64,000 nt of DNA from Eledone cirrhosa (Eukaryota), in the NCBI GenBank assembly GCA_964016885.1, contig OZ024755.1, positions 24,490,001 through 24,554,000 of the forward strand, given 5' to 3'. Positions 1 through 13,236 of this stretch are shown piece by piece. Under the pieces are notes generated by a model. That model was not told the DNA's origin. It was given only the letters and a program-made list of their open reading frames with translations, and searched no databases. A program made the position numbers and the translations under genes. How positions within the stretch are numbered: position 1 is the first letter of the stretch; every line of letters starts with the position of its first letter.

Positions 1-407
1 CTTGTAGCCATCAACCCTTACTTTTCTACTTCTCTCTTCCCTTCCTTCTCTCCTCTCCTCCTCCCGCAGACTTATCTTCCTTCCCCCTCTTGCTTGCCTA
101 TATCTGACCAGTAGTAGTTACCTTCCTCTTTTAGCTGACATTAACCCTGACTTCTCTTCTTCTTTCTTCCCCCTTCTTCTCCTTCCTTTCTTTCTTTCTT
201 TTACCTTGTGTCATGGGATCGACGTTAACCTATGCTCCCATCTCTTTCTGGTTTCGTTCATCTGACCGGTAGTAGCATACTATAAAATTTAGCCACGTCA
301 CTCCAGGGCGACCGGCTGAGGTTGAAGGAACAGAATAGCGGTCGCCCTCGGGTCTCGATTTTCAGCCCCATGGATTTTACCTATTACATTCACGTATTAT
401 ATTTCGA

Positions 408-465
408 ATACCTGATGATATCACCGGATTCATACGGAACCCGGTCATTGAAATGATCATAGTAT
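408..465 (+). ncRNA. Minimal type I hammerhead ribozyme, PLE-type, family A copy 1
   Basis: ATAC-CTGATGA-(stem II ATCACCGGATTC/GAACCCGGTCAT with mismatches)-GAAA-T-GATC-A-TA-GTAT. Stem I is ATAC/GTAT, loop 3 is palindromic GATC, the cleavage triplet is AUA, and AATAAA follows. It lies in a dispersed repeat (345-516) also present at ~7480-7790 and ~47080-47370. Confidence 0.75.
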
Positions 466-513
466 AATAAACCTTTCAAGGATTTACACAAATCCAGCCT
501 CCTGTCATTTCAT

Positions 514-623
<110 letters not shown>

Positions 624-630
624 CATATAT

Positions 631-673
<43 letters not shown>

Positions 674-674
674 T

Positions 675-805
<131 letters not shown>

Positions 806-971
806 AAAGATAGACATTGTTGCCTCCATAGTAACTAACGAGTTTGAGGAGAGGAGTGAAAATTTGTTGTTGAGAGATAAATACAGTGAGGGAGAGAGAG
901 AGAGAAAGTGTGGGTGTGAAAGTTAGCGAAATAGATAACGTTATTTACTATTGCTAAATATTAGTAAATAT

Positions 972-1068
972 TAGTAAATAGCTGTTTCTACTTTTGGCAC
1001 AAGGCCAGCAATTACCCAGTACAATAAATTGCTGTCCTTGTGCCAAAAGTATAAACAGTTATTTACTA
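972..1068. repeat. Hairpin formed by two inverted SINE 3' tails
   Basis: tgtttctacttttggcacaaggccagcaatt ... aattgctgtccttgtgccaaaagtataaaca. Both arms match the 3' end of the SINE found elsewhere in the window. Confidence 0.7.
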
Positions 1069-1171
1069 TTGCTAGAAAGTAGAAAGAGTTATTTATTAAC
1101 TTATGAAAACAATAGATAAACTGAATATATAATAGCAACAAACTTCTTCATTCATAGCTCCTGCTATGAAG

Positions 1172-1272
1172 AAGGAGAACTGGGAAGATGGTCAACCACT
1201 AAGATAGAGAAGGATGAGCTTTATGAACTCGGCATAGTCTTTTCGGGGATGACCTCCAGAAAGCAGTACTGT
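1172..1272 (+). repeat. Dispersed repeat fragment, second copy at ~51170-51265
   Basis: actgggaagatggtcaaccactaagatagagaaggatgagctttatgaa...ccagaaagcagtac aligns by eye with 51172-51262. Confidence 0.65.
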
Positions 1273-1338
1273 ATTGTAGTTTGTGTTTTCTATAGTTAGT
1301 AAATAACGTTATGTTGTGTATGAACTATAAAGCAACCG

Positions 1339-1433
<95 letters not shown>

Positions 1434-1497
1434 ACACACAGACACACACAGACACACACAGACACACACACAGACACACACACAGACACACACACAG

Positions 1498-1528
<31 letters not shown>

Positions 1529-1885
1529 TATATGCATAAGTATTGCAAACTTCACACAGACATCTGCTTTCAATAACTATTATATGGGGGTGTCGTACTA
1601 ACGAATGTTAGACGCCATTTTGATGTAGAACCCGCTGATATAATTTATATACACTTGTTCGTTGCTTTGATGGACTCCGTTAATGTTTCTTAACTTGACA
1701 AAGCAGTTTATTTCTGTAAACATGACAGACACCACCACCCGAAAGAGCTGCTCTCCTTCACACTGTAACATTGGACATACACATTGAAATATAAATATAT
1801 ATGTATATATGTGTGTGTGTCTGTGTGTGTATGTATATACTGTACATACATATACATACATTTATACTATACATATCTATGTATG

Positions 1886-2011
<126 letters not shown>

Positions 2012-2276
2012 CTTAAAGCAGTACTTCCATGTATACGTTTTTCTGTAGTATTACTTGCATATATGTATATTATGTTTCTGATGTGTGTACTACATCACCA
2101 TTTAAATGATATAGAACATATGTAACCAGCCACACACAAATACATGCGAGCTTAAGCATACACACACTCACAAACACATGTACACATACACACACACACA
2201 CAGATTCCCATATACACTCAGACACACAAATAAATGCGAGCTTAGGCACACCTACAGACTCACATACACTCACACA

Positions 2277-2313
<37 letters not shown>

Positions 2314-2987
2314 CTCTCTATAAATATATTGGTGTGTATATATAAAATGTGTAAAATACGCACACACACACACATATACAAACACACACATTCCCACATA
2401 AACCCACATACACACACTCACAAACACATATACACATACGCCCCCCGCCCCCCATACACAGTTGCAAATACATATATACATACACGCACACACTCCCCCA
2501 TACAGACATGCACGCACATACGTGTGTGGCCTCAATAGTAACGCGGGTCCTTCTATGGCGCCTACTTACAGAACTTGTTCACACTTGCTTATTTTACATC
2601 TGATTTTTAACGAGATAAGCTATGAATTGAAGAATATTTAGTTGTTTCTCTCCATTCGTGCGACTATTCAAACACAATCCCCGCTCCTCAATTTGTATTC
2701 CGCGTCCTTTCTCCCTTACAGCATAACTTTTTCTCTATTTTAGGATAAGATACCTGACAGTTTTCTTCTCTTCTTCTTCGCCCACTTATTCCTGAGAGAA
2801 TCGTGGGGGCAGAGTCCTCAAACACCCCTTCCAGCGGGTCCTGTCAGAAGCAAACCGTCTCCAGCTGATCCGACCGGATCCCCAAGCGTTAATAATAAAA
2901 TATCTAGTCGCTTCCAATCATTTTCCGCCGGTTTGTCATTGGATTCTAGCTTTTAACACTTAGAGGGTGGTATGTGTGTAACAAAGC

Positions 2988-3142
2988 AGCGAATTGGCAG
3001 AGTCATTAGAATGTCGAATAGAATGCTTTATGGTATTCATTCCGGCTCCCTGAGCTCTGAGTTCAAATCTCGTCGAAGTCAACTTTGCATTTCATCCTTT
3101 CGGGGTCGATAAAAAAGTACCAATCTAGTACTTTGGTCGATT
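2988..3142 (+). mobile_element. tRNA-derived SINE, diverged copy
   Basis: A-box-like tggcagagtc, B-box gagttcaaatc, and body aactttgc.tttcatccttt.ggggtcgataaa shared with the other copies. Confidence 0.75.
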
Positions 3143-3366
3143 CTTCCTCTATATCTCTTTCTCATTTCCTCTCTCTCTCACTTTCTATCTTTCTCTAGAA
3201 GAAATCTGCTGTACTCGGGCCTGGAGAGGGATGGGCTCTGCTAGACTTAAAACGCCCAAGAAATGCTGTATGTCAATACGGCGCCCCTATGACTCCATCA
3301 GGAGTTATGGGACCATACATACATACATACATACATACATACATACATACATACATACATACATAC

Positions 3367-3790
3367 ATGGTGGCTGCCAACTCGTTTTCGAGTACGGCCA
3401 CTACTTTATATCCATGTAGGAGAACCCCTACCGATGCGCTGAACGAGTGTGACCCCCTAGTCCAGCCAGCGACTTGAAAACTCTGGTACAAACACTACAC
3501 TTGTGACAATTACTGACACATAGTGCTGGGCCCATGGTACCATGTGACGACAAGTGCAGAGAGATCTCCAGATATAAAGCAATGCCTGTGCCGTGAAGCT
3601 TTTATAGTGAGCAAAGGCACTGCACAAAGCCAGTCCCACTCTCTTAACCAAGATGATATTTACCAAAATGAAGAACAAGTCAACATCATTGGATACCATC
3701 AGGGTTGCAGGTGCTATATCAGAGTTTTCCTTCTCCTAGAATTCTGCCTTGACAAAGGCTAAGGGGTTATCTCTCCCGGTGATTTTGGAT
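3367..3790 (-). mobile_element. LINE 3' end (RTE-like) with C-terminal C2H2 motif and (ATGT)n tail; second copy at 43425-43592 (+)
   Basis: Reads HKCSVCTRVFQ.. here and HKCSVCTRVFKSLAGLKSH in the 43.5-kb copy. The 3' UTR is shared and there is a tetranucleotide tail at 3314-3368. Confidence 0.6.
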
Positions 3791-4407
3791 GGCCATTGAC
3801 TCTTAAGAGCTCCTTTGCCCTTTGACAGGTTTTGTTTTTAGTCCTGCAGGATGTCCAAAGTCACCCTCCTCACCAAGAAACCTTGGTGGGGTTGCCAGTT
3901 TAGTCGCCAACGACCCGACCATGAGACAGGTTGTACTGGGATACATGTTAAATACATACATACATACGTACATACATACATACATACATACGTACATACA
4001 TACATACGTACATACATACATACATACATACATACATACATACATACATACATACATACATACATACATACATGTGTGTAACACATGCTGCTGTGATCTA
4101 CAGATATCTTTTCAACATCCTGCGGTGATGGGGAAGCGGCGAAGTATACAATCACCGCCGCCACTCACACCACAACTACCCCTATCATCACCATCCACCC
4201 TACATCACCATCACACCACTACAGTATCAATCTCATTGGTCATACATAGTTATTTGTTTTCTTTTTAATGAAACGACTTTTGATGTGCGCTGAATTGTTT
4301 AAATGACAAACTAAAGAAAAGGATCGAAAAATATTGAGAAAAACAGAGAAAGAGGGGGAAGGTAAAAAAAAAGTGAAAGATAAATACAAAGCTAGAGAGA
4401 GAGTTAG

Positions 4408-4501
<94 letters not shown>

Positions 4502-4797
4502 GGATAGAGAGAGGGGTTACGTGGCAATACAGATAGAGAAGGAGCAGATTATGACTGAAAATGTATGAGTGGGAAAAAAAGGTAAAAGTCTGAAGGCCAA
4601 AGAGGAAGAACAAAACATTACTACATAAAAATAAGAGAGGGTGAAGAGGCCATGTTCACAAACAAACTTTTACAGTCAAACACATACACACACACATACA
4701 TACATATATATATAAATAAATAAATATATATATATATATATAAATATATATATTTAAATATATATATATATATATATATAAATACATATATATATAT

Positions 4798-4831
<34 letters not shown>

Positions 4832-4853
4832 ATTTATATATATAAATATATAC

Positions 4854-4959
<106 letters not shown>

Positions 4960-5079
4960 ATTTATATATATAAATATATACATATACATATATATATATA
5001 TATATATATACATATATATATACATATATATATATATACATATATACATATTTACATATATACATACATATATACATAT

Positions 5080-5211
<132 letters not shown>

Positions 5212-5712
5212 GTGTGTGTGTGTGCGTGTGTGTGTGTATATATAATAGCTTTTGGTTTGATTAGAATACAAATATTCATTATTACAGCTTCTCTATCAAT
5301 TCTGTCATGTAATAATTGATACATTAATTGGATAAATTAATTTATATGGATAAATTATCAATATTTCAATTTTTCTTTACTATTGCTATTTAACTTATTA
5401 TTTTCCACAACACTACCACCACCATCATCTCCATCATCACCTTCATCGTAGTCGTCGTCGTCGTCATCATTATCATCATCGCCATCACCATTATTATCAT
5501 CATCATCGTCATCATCATCATGATCACCATCATCATGATCACCATCATCATCATCATCACAATAACCATCATCATAATTATCAGTATTGTTTTTATTATC
5601 CTCATCATCAGTATTTATTGATAAAAATAATGCTATTATGAACATTAATAATTATATTATAATTATATCATTATTAATATCGTTATTATTATTATTATTG
5701 TTATTATTGTTC

Positions 5713-5788
<76 letters not shown>

Positions 5789-5792
5789 GTAA

Positions 5793-5857
<65 letters not shown>

Positions 5858-6493
5858 TTGATGTTTTGATCATTATTTACAACCCTGCTCTCTCATCTTT
5901 TAACCAGCAACTATAAAAAAAAGAAGGAAAATTGCCTTCCGCCGCAACTTTCCATTAAGGAATAAAAACACCAAACAAATAAACAAACCTAACATAACAA
6001 AAATAACAATGATATGTAACAACAAATAGCCATAATATGAAACAAACAACAGTAACTATAGATGAAGAGCAATGTAAAATGTCGGCCTGCTGTTAAACAC
6101 CAATTCGTTATATGTCGCTATTATTTTTTGAAACAATGACAGGACAATGCTACACAAACAACATCACATGTAACGCCATACGTTGTTCTAAAAAATTCTT
6201 TTGTGTTGATCACTTAATTTATCAATGACGTAACTATCCTTATAGAAAAACTTTGCCACCCCGCTTTTCTCTCCATCCTTACCTCTCTTCGACTTTTTTT
6301 TCTTTCTTCCTGTATTTCTTTCTTTCTTTCTCTCTTTCTATAATTATTGTATTGTCGCAATATTGTATTATTCTTCAGCGAAGGAAACTTCTTAACTAAG
6401 AACAATAAGCGGAAAAAACAACGGCAAGATTTGCTCACGCAAACCTAACGAAGACACGCAAGATTGAAACGCCCACATATATAAGTAATTGTA

Positions 6494-6565
<72 letters not shown>

Positions 6566-6667
6566 TGTATATACATATATATATATATTTATATATATAT
6601 GTAGATATATAGATATTTATATATTTACACACACATATATATATATATGTATATATATATACATATA

Positions 6668-6749
<82 letters not shown>

Positions 6750-6790
6750 CACACACATATATATATACATATATATATATATACATATAC

Positions 6791-6831
<41 letters not shown>

Positions 6832-6895
6832 TATTTATATATATACATATATATATATATATATACATATATATTTATATATATACGTATATATT

Positions 6896-6932
<37 letters not shown>

Positions 6933-6992
6933 ATACATATATATATATAAATATTTATATATATACACACACATGCACACACATATATATAT

Positions 6993-7044
<52 letters not shown>

Positions 7045-7371
7045 CCATAAACATTGTTTCATACACCAATGTAATTCTGGTTATTCATAATTTTATTGAA
7101 TAGTTATGAAAAACTATATTGATTACGTAAAAATTATATAAACATTTTATAAAGATTATATAAAAATTATATATAAATTATATTAATCTAAAAAATGCAT
7201 TTTTGTCTCCCAGTTCGTCAAATTTCTTTTAATTGTTGCAATGTATTATCTTAACACTGATTAATTTATTATTAATTAATAAACTAATTAAAATATAAAT
7301 ATCCTTTGTAATATAGTTATAATCTTCGATAACATGTCTGCTTTCTCGGGTATGTACAATGCATACACATG

Positions 7372-7395
<24 letters not shown>

Positions 7396-7402
<7 letters not shown>

Positions 7403-7790
7403 AAATAACAGGAGGCTGGACTTGTGTAAATCCTTGAAAGGTTTATTATACTATGATCATTTCAATGACCGGGTTCCGTCCTCGGTCTATGATTTTCAGC
7501 CCCATGGATTTTATCTGTTACATTCATTTATTATATTTCGAATACCTGATGATATCACCGGATTCATACGGAACCCGGTCATTGAAATGATCATAGTATA
7601 ATAAACCTTTCAAGGATTTACACAAGTCCAGCCTCCTGTTATTTTATTATAATATTTAACTCCGTACTCGCACCACCAACTACACAAACGAAGACGGTTG
7701 AGCTGCTTTACGTTGAGTACTCTCCATATTATTGCATCAAGATTGACCATACGGAATGACCAGCAATATCCAGTGGTGAACCTTCAAACC
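7396..7790 (+). mobile_element. Penelope-like element terminal repeat with inverted partial duplication
   Basis: 7396-7479 is the reverse complement of 7568-7651. It contains a hammerhead. Inverted partial pseudo-LTRs are an established PLE insertion signature. Confidence 0.65.
7542..7599 (+). ncRNA. Minimal type I hammerhead ribozyme, family A copy 2
   Basis: Same motif as 408-465: CTGATGA at 7546, GAAA at 7584, AUA cleavage at 7593-7595, GTAT pairs with ATAC. Confidence 0.75.
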
Positions 7791-7885
<95 letters not shown>

Positions 7886-7934
7886 GAAAGCACGTTTCAA
7901 TTCGGCTAAGATACCACTGTTATATTCATTGAGT

Positions 7935-8095
7935 GAATGACTTCACTTGTAGTTATAAATAATTTGATTTAATTTTATAATATTATATATAATATTATGA
8001 GTTGGTAGATCTAGTAAGTTCTGGAACTTACTAGATCTACCAACTCATAATATAAAATTTAATCAAATTATTTAGAACTACAAGTGAAGTCATTC
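7935..8095. repeat. Long near-perfect palindrome
   Basis: gaatgacttcacttgtagtt...gagttggtagatctagtaagttc|tg|gaacttactagatctaccaactc...aactacaagtgaagtcattc, with one internal bulge. Confidence 0.9.
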
Positions 8096-8129
8096 TTTTC
8101 CTTTTTTTTCAAATATATATATATATATA

Positions 8130-8491
<362 letters not shown>

Positions 8492-8492
8492 C

Positions 8493-8805
8493 AGAAAATT
8501 GAGGTTGGTAATGGCACATGGAATATCTAAGAGACAGAATACTTTTTTGTAAAAAACATATAATTTTATAAGGTAAGGAAATAATAAAGGGTATAAAAAA
8601 TGACCGGTTTCGATGGGTCTGCAAAAGCCATCTTTTCAAATGTTGATTAATCAACATTTGAAAAGATGGCTTTTGCAGACCCATCGAAACCGGTCATTTT
8701 TTATACCCTTTATTATTTCCTTACCTTATAAAATTATATGTTTTTTCACAAAAAAGTATTCTGTCTCTTATATATTCCATGTGCCATTACCAACCTCAAT
8801 TTTCT
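8493..8805. repeat. ~313-bp loop-less palindrome containing a decayed hammerhead in each arm
   Basis: Centre is tgttgatt|aatcaaca (8648/8649). ORFs 8139..8684(-) and 8613..9098(+) share the same N-terminus. Motif TTGAAAA-GATGG...CCATC-GAAA-CCGG-TC at 8658-8695. Confidence 0.92.
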
Positions 8806-8838
8806 CTATAACCTTCGTTTTGTGTAGAAAATTACACT

Positions 8839-8885
<47 letters not shown>

Positions 8886-9179
8886 CTGAGTTTTTCGAAT
8901 ATTGATAATAATATTCGATTCGTTTGCAATTATGCAAACAACCTCTTTTTTAAAGCCATCTTAGTAGAATGCCCCCCATTCTTGCTCTTGTGTTGGCATG
9001 TAAACAGAACTGCAGACACTAATGTTTCTGGGTATCACCCTTTATCAGTGCAGTTCACTGTTCACCTGCCAACTGTCAGAGCTAGTGAAAATATATGATA
9101 TTTCTATAATATACAGTGACTCATCAGCCTGATTTGCATATTACATAATTGAAAACGAATCGAATATTATTATTTGAAA

Positions 9180-9665
9180 CCAGCACGTAACTCTATGCCA
9201 CGGTGTCTGGCGCTCTACCGATACTTCCAGTCTCCCGCCCTTTTATCACGATAATAATGATTGTTTCTTTTGGCACAAGGCCAGCAATTACCCAGTGCAT
9301 TACTAGTACTTTATTTTATCGACCCCGTAAGGCAAAGTTAACCTCGGCGGGATTTGAACTCAGAATGGAAAGGGCCGTAACTCTATACGTCAAAGTATGG
9401 CGTCCGACCCTCTACCGATACTGCCAATCCACCGCCCTGCTCCATAATGGTTTCTTATATAGGCACAGGGCGATCAATTTTGGGGGAGGGAAAAGTCGAT
9501 TAAAACGACCCAGTGCGTTACTGGTACTTTATTTTATCGACCCCGTAAGGATGAAAGGCAAAGTTAACCTCAGCGGGATTTAAAACCAGACCGTAAAGGG
9601 CCGTAATTCTATGCCACGGAGCACGGTGTCCGACGCGCTACCGATACTGCCAATCCACCGCCCTT
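9180..9665 (-). mobile_element. Cluster of three tRNA-derived SINE copies (partial 9180-9242, 9260-9437, 9455-9665)
   Basis: Reverse complement of the SINE consensus ggcggtggattggcagtatcggtagag...gagttcaaatcccgccgaggttaactttgcc...ggggtcgataaaataaagtaccag. Confidence 0.85.
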
Positions 9666-10070
9666 TTATCATGATAAATAATAACACCGACAGCCATGAC
9701 AAATATAAAATACTAACAACAACAACAACAACAACGACAACAAACACAATAGATTAAAACATAAAATACTTCGCAAACAACAAGATGCAGCTGTGTAAAT
9801 ATCAAAGTAAAGCTACAGCGACAACAATAACAACAACAACAGCAACTACAACTACAACAAATGGTAAGACAGAAACGAGAGCAACAACAACAAAGATAGA
9901 AATCAGAGCACCGGCAAGATTAACAACAACAAGGATAGAGGTCAGAGTAGCAACAACAACAACAACAACAACAATAACAACACTGTCATCTGTGAGCAAA
10001 AGAGCCATGTTCGTCAAAGTGAAAATTTCGTAAAATGCACGTGTATAGCTAGACAACATTAATGACAAAT

Positions 10071-10260
10071 GAGGACGGTGGATTGGCAGTATTGGGAGAT
10101 GGTCGGACGTCATGCTTTGACGTATAGAGTTACGGCCCTTGCCATTCTGAGTTCAAATCCCGCCGAGGTTAACTTTGCCTTTCATCCTTACGGGGTCGAT
10201 AAAATAAAGTACCAGTAATGCACTGGGTAATTTGCTGGCCTTGTGCCTAACGTAGAAACA
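10071..10260 (+). mobile_element. Full-length tRNA-derived SINE with TSD
   Basis: A and B boxes, conserved body, and TSD attaatgacaaatga on both sides. Confidence 0.9.
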
Positions 10261-10439
10261 ATTAATGACAAATGACAGCAATACTACCTAAATTTCTTAC
10301 TATGCATGGGACATAGTCAATACGGTATTTGGACAAGAATCTATCTATCTATCTATATATCTATCTGTCTGTCTATCTGTATATAGGTGGGTGAAAGTGG
10401 CGAGAATGGCCCGAGTGAATGGGCCTTCTCTCTATATCA

Positions 10440-11310
10440 GCCTGTAGGTTGAGGAAAAAGAGGAGGAGAGGAAAGGAGTACAAACTCTTCGTACTCCTGA
10501 AGATGAGGGTTGCACATTTTTTTCGGGGGTATGTGTTACCCATATGTAATGTCTCCCTCTATTGGGGAAAATCGATTAATTTTTAAATTGCATTTGTGAT
10601 AATATTTTACACGTTTTTATTGTATGTAAACTTCCCCCTTTGTATTTGTCCCCTTCTTTTGTGCCCCTGTGGCTAATAAAGAAACATATCTATCTGTCTG
10701 TCTGTCTGTCTCTCTGCCTGTCTGGCTGTCTGTCTATCTATCTAAACCTGTAGGTTGAGGAAGATAAACAGAGGGAAGACAGGAACATCTACAAAACGTG
10801 TTCCTGGTGTTGAGGGTTGTTCTATCCACGGGGTGTAAAACAACCCTCCAGTAACGTTCCCCCTATTGGGGATTTCAATTGTTATTTTATTATATATAGT
10901 TTATTGTTATTTATTAATGTTAAAGTAATTTTTATGTAAAAACCCCGCCGTCACGTCTTGTAATGTCCCATTTTTGTACGCCCCTGTGGCAAATAAAGAA
11001 AGATATCTATCTCTCTATCTATTTATCTATCTACCTAGAGGGAGAGAGGAAGGGAGTACTCACTCTTGGTGCTCCTGGAGATGAGGTTGTACATTTTTTC
11101 GGGGTGTGTACAACCCCTGTGTAACACCTCCCCCCTATTGGGGATTTCAATTATTATTTGTTATTGTATTAATAGTTTTATTTTCATATACCTGTATGTA
11201 AACTCCCCATTTGTATCTGTCCCCTTCTTTTGTGCCCTTGTGGCTAATAAAGAAATTTATCTATTTATCTATCTACCTATCTATCTATCCTCCTATCTAT
11301 CTAGATATCA
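10440..11310 (+). mobile_element. Three successive diverged 3' ends of a non-LTR element family, each followed by (TATC)n; other copies at ~36235-36320 (+) and ~63510-63760 (-)
   Basis: Repeated gagggttg...cccctattgggga...tgtccc.tcttttgtgccc.tgtggc.aataaagaaa followed by a TATC tail. Confidence 0.65.
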
Positions 11311-11392
11311 ATCATTGTGTACATTGTGTGTCTAATTATGGGCATGTATAAATGTAAGTATATGTGTGTTTATATATACTAATATATATATA

Positions 11393-11439
<47 letters not shown>

Positions 11440-11514
11440 CATCACAGAAGTGAACCTAAACATCGAGTGCTCTCCCGGGTGAACCTGCAGTAACTCCAAG
11501 TTACACCCCCTGGA

Positions 11515-11561
<47 letters not shown>

Positions 11562-11599
11562 TTATATGTGTGTGTGTGTGTTTGTGTATGTATATAGTA

Positions 11600-11801
11600 A
11601 TAATAAACGTGAAGACTAAAATCCGAAGAGGGTTCGATAAGGATTATATATACATATAATATATATATAAACTCGTAGAGCAAATATTTATTATGAGAAC
11701 AGATTAAATTTTAAGCAAAGAATCGCTGCTTTCAGCCAGAAGATCCCGTTAAGGGTGAAAGCAGCGATTCTTTGCTTAAACTTTAATCTGTTCTTATAAT
11801 A
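11600..11801. mobile_element. Dispersed repeat family B with terminal inverted duplication (probable PLE end); other pieces at 48068-48220 and 50067-50126
   Basis: Arms 11689-11734 and 11756-11801 are complementary. 11600-11734 is the reverse complement of ~48085-48220. A partial hammerhead-like GAAGA-TCCC-GTTAA-GGGT-GAAA is present. Confidence 0.55.
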
Positions 11802-11939
11802 TATAGATCGACAGTCGATCGACAAGATCTCATACCACATTCGCTTAACGAGTGGGGTGGACCTATCCAATTGGACCGAGGAAACAATGTTTCCATTGGT
11901 CTTTCCAATTGCTAATACTATCTGTCAGTCGTAAATATA

Positions 11940-12052
11940 AGCAGAAGGAACAGCATGAAATAAAGTGTCTTGCTCAGGGACATAACGCATCGCTCGGTCC
12001 AGGAATCGAAATCACAACCTCACGATTGCGAATCACCACTCAGCCACGGACC

Positions 12053-12056
<4 letters not shown>
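11940..12056 (-). mobile_element. tRNA-derived SINE head (second family)
   Basis: gtggctgagtgg (A box), gatttcgattcc (B box-like), then gtccctgagcaagacacttta. Confidence 0.6.
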
Positions 12057-12127
<71 letters not shown>

Positions 12128-12137
<10 letters not shown>

Positions 12138-13164
12138 CGGTCGGTTATCACAGTCATATCCCATAAGATGGATATGTTGTCCTTTTCCATGATTGTTTTT
12201 GGTTGATGTTCATTCCATTTGTCAGAAGTTTGGATGTCATGAGAGCGGCAGAGCATCCAGTGTACATATTTAGCAATGCGGTTGGCTTTCTATATAGTCA
12301 GTTTTTGCCAACTCTAGACACTTGGAGATAATATGATCTATTGTTTCTTCATTTTTGTAGCATATTCTGCATAGAGGGCTAGTCCCATTTTACACTATTC
12401 TGTGTCTATAGGCCTGAGTGTTTAGAGATTGATCTTGTACAGCAACTAAAGGTCCCTCAGTCTCTACTTCTGAGCCAGGATAGTGAACCATGTTGATCGA
12501 TATCATTGTCAGAAAATCGTTCTGGGAATCTACCATGTAGTGGTTTTGCCTTCCATTCATGGTTTAGTTCCTCTGTTTGGAGTTTCTTTGCTTTGATCTT
12601 CACAGTCATAGCTAACTGTGCAGCATTCTGTTCTTGAACATGTTCCATGTTTAGTTTTTGCCTAAATTTGCTTGCCTCTTTTGTTATTGAGTGTAGTTTC
12701 TTAATTCGTACAGGCTTAAGAAGTTCATCTCGGGTGTGGTGGAAATAGCTATCCAATCCAATGGTTTCTGTTTTGTATGCAACTTCCAGTTGTCGGAGCT
12801 CCCATCCACCTTTTCTTCTTGAGATATACAGCCTATGTACAACTGCTTTAGGGTGGTGAATTTTTTCCGTTGTCAATAGTTTCCTTGTCTTAGTGTCCAA
12901 CCTTTGTAGTTCTTGCAGGTTCTAGTTTATAATGTTAAAGCTGTATGTCACAACTGGTACTACTAGACTGTTAATGGCTTTGAACTTGCTGCAGGAGTTT
13001 AGCTCACTTTTTGTTATCTGTCTCATTCTCCTTATGTCCTCCTTCCGTAACTTTTCCTTCATACTTGCATGATGGATTCCATCTCCTTCATTAACTACAA
13101 GATATTTGCAGAACTCTTCAATGTTAAGTTCCTTTATGGTGGTTTGTTGGTCTATGACAATATC

Positions 13165-13165
<1 letters not shown>
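12128..13165 (-). mobile_element. Degraded R4/Dong-like REL LINE fragment
   Basis: ORF 12457..12900 (DTKTRKLLT..HHPKA.V.RLYISRRKGG..WKAKPLHGRF) is homologous to the 13.4-14.6-kb ORF. Downstream KWNEHQP..ISILWD..TDR. Contains stops and frameshifts. Confidence 0.85.

Positions 13166-13235
<70 letters not shown>

Positions 13236-13236
<1 letters not shown>

Noticed and set aside
8613-9098. 161-aa ORF, and the 103/119-aa mirror ORFs at 56724-57123
   Set aside because: Artefacts of the palindromes, which read the same on both strands.
9085-9131. CTGATGA...GAAA on the minus strand
   Set aside because: Stems I and II do not pair. Isolated cores at ~45175, ~48971, ~57580 and ~57886 fail in the same way.
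10071-10165. tRNA genes at A/B-box sequences
   Set aside because: They are SINE heads with no cloverleaf, continuing into the SINE body with TSDs.
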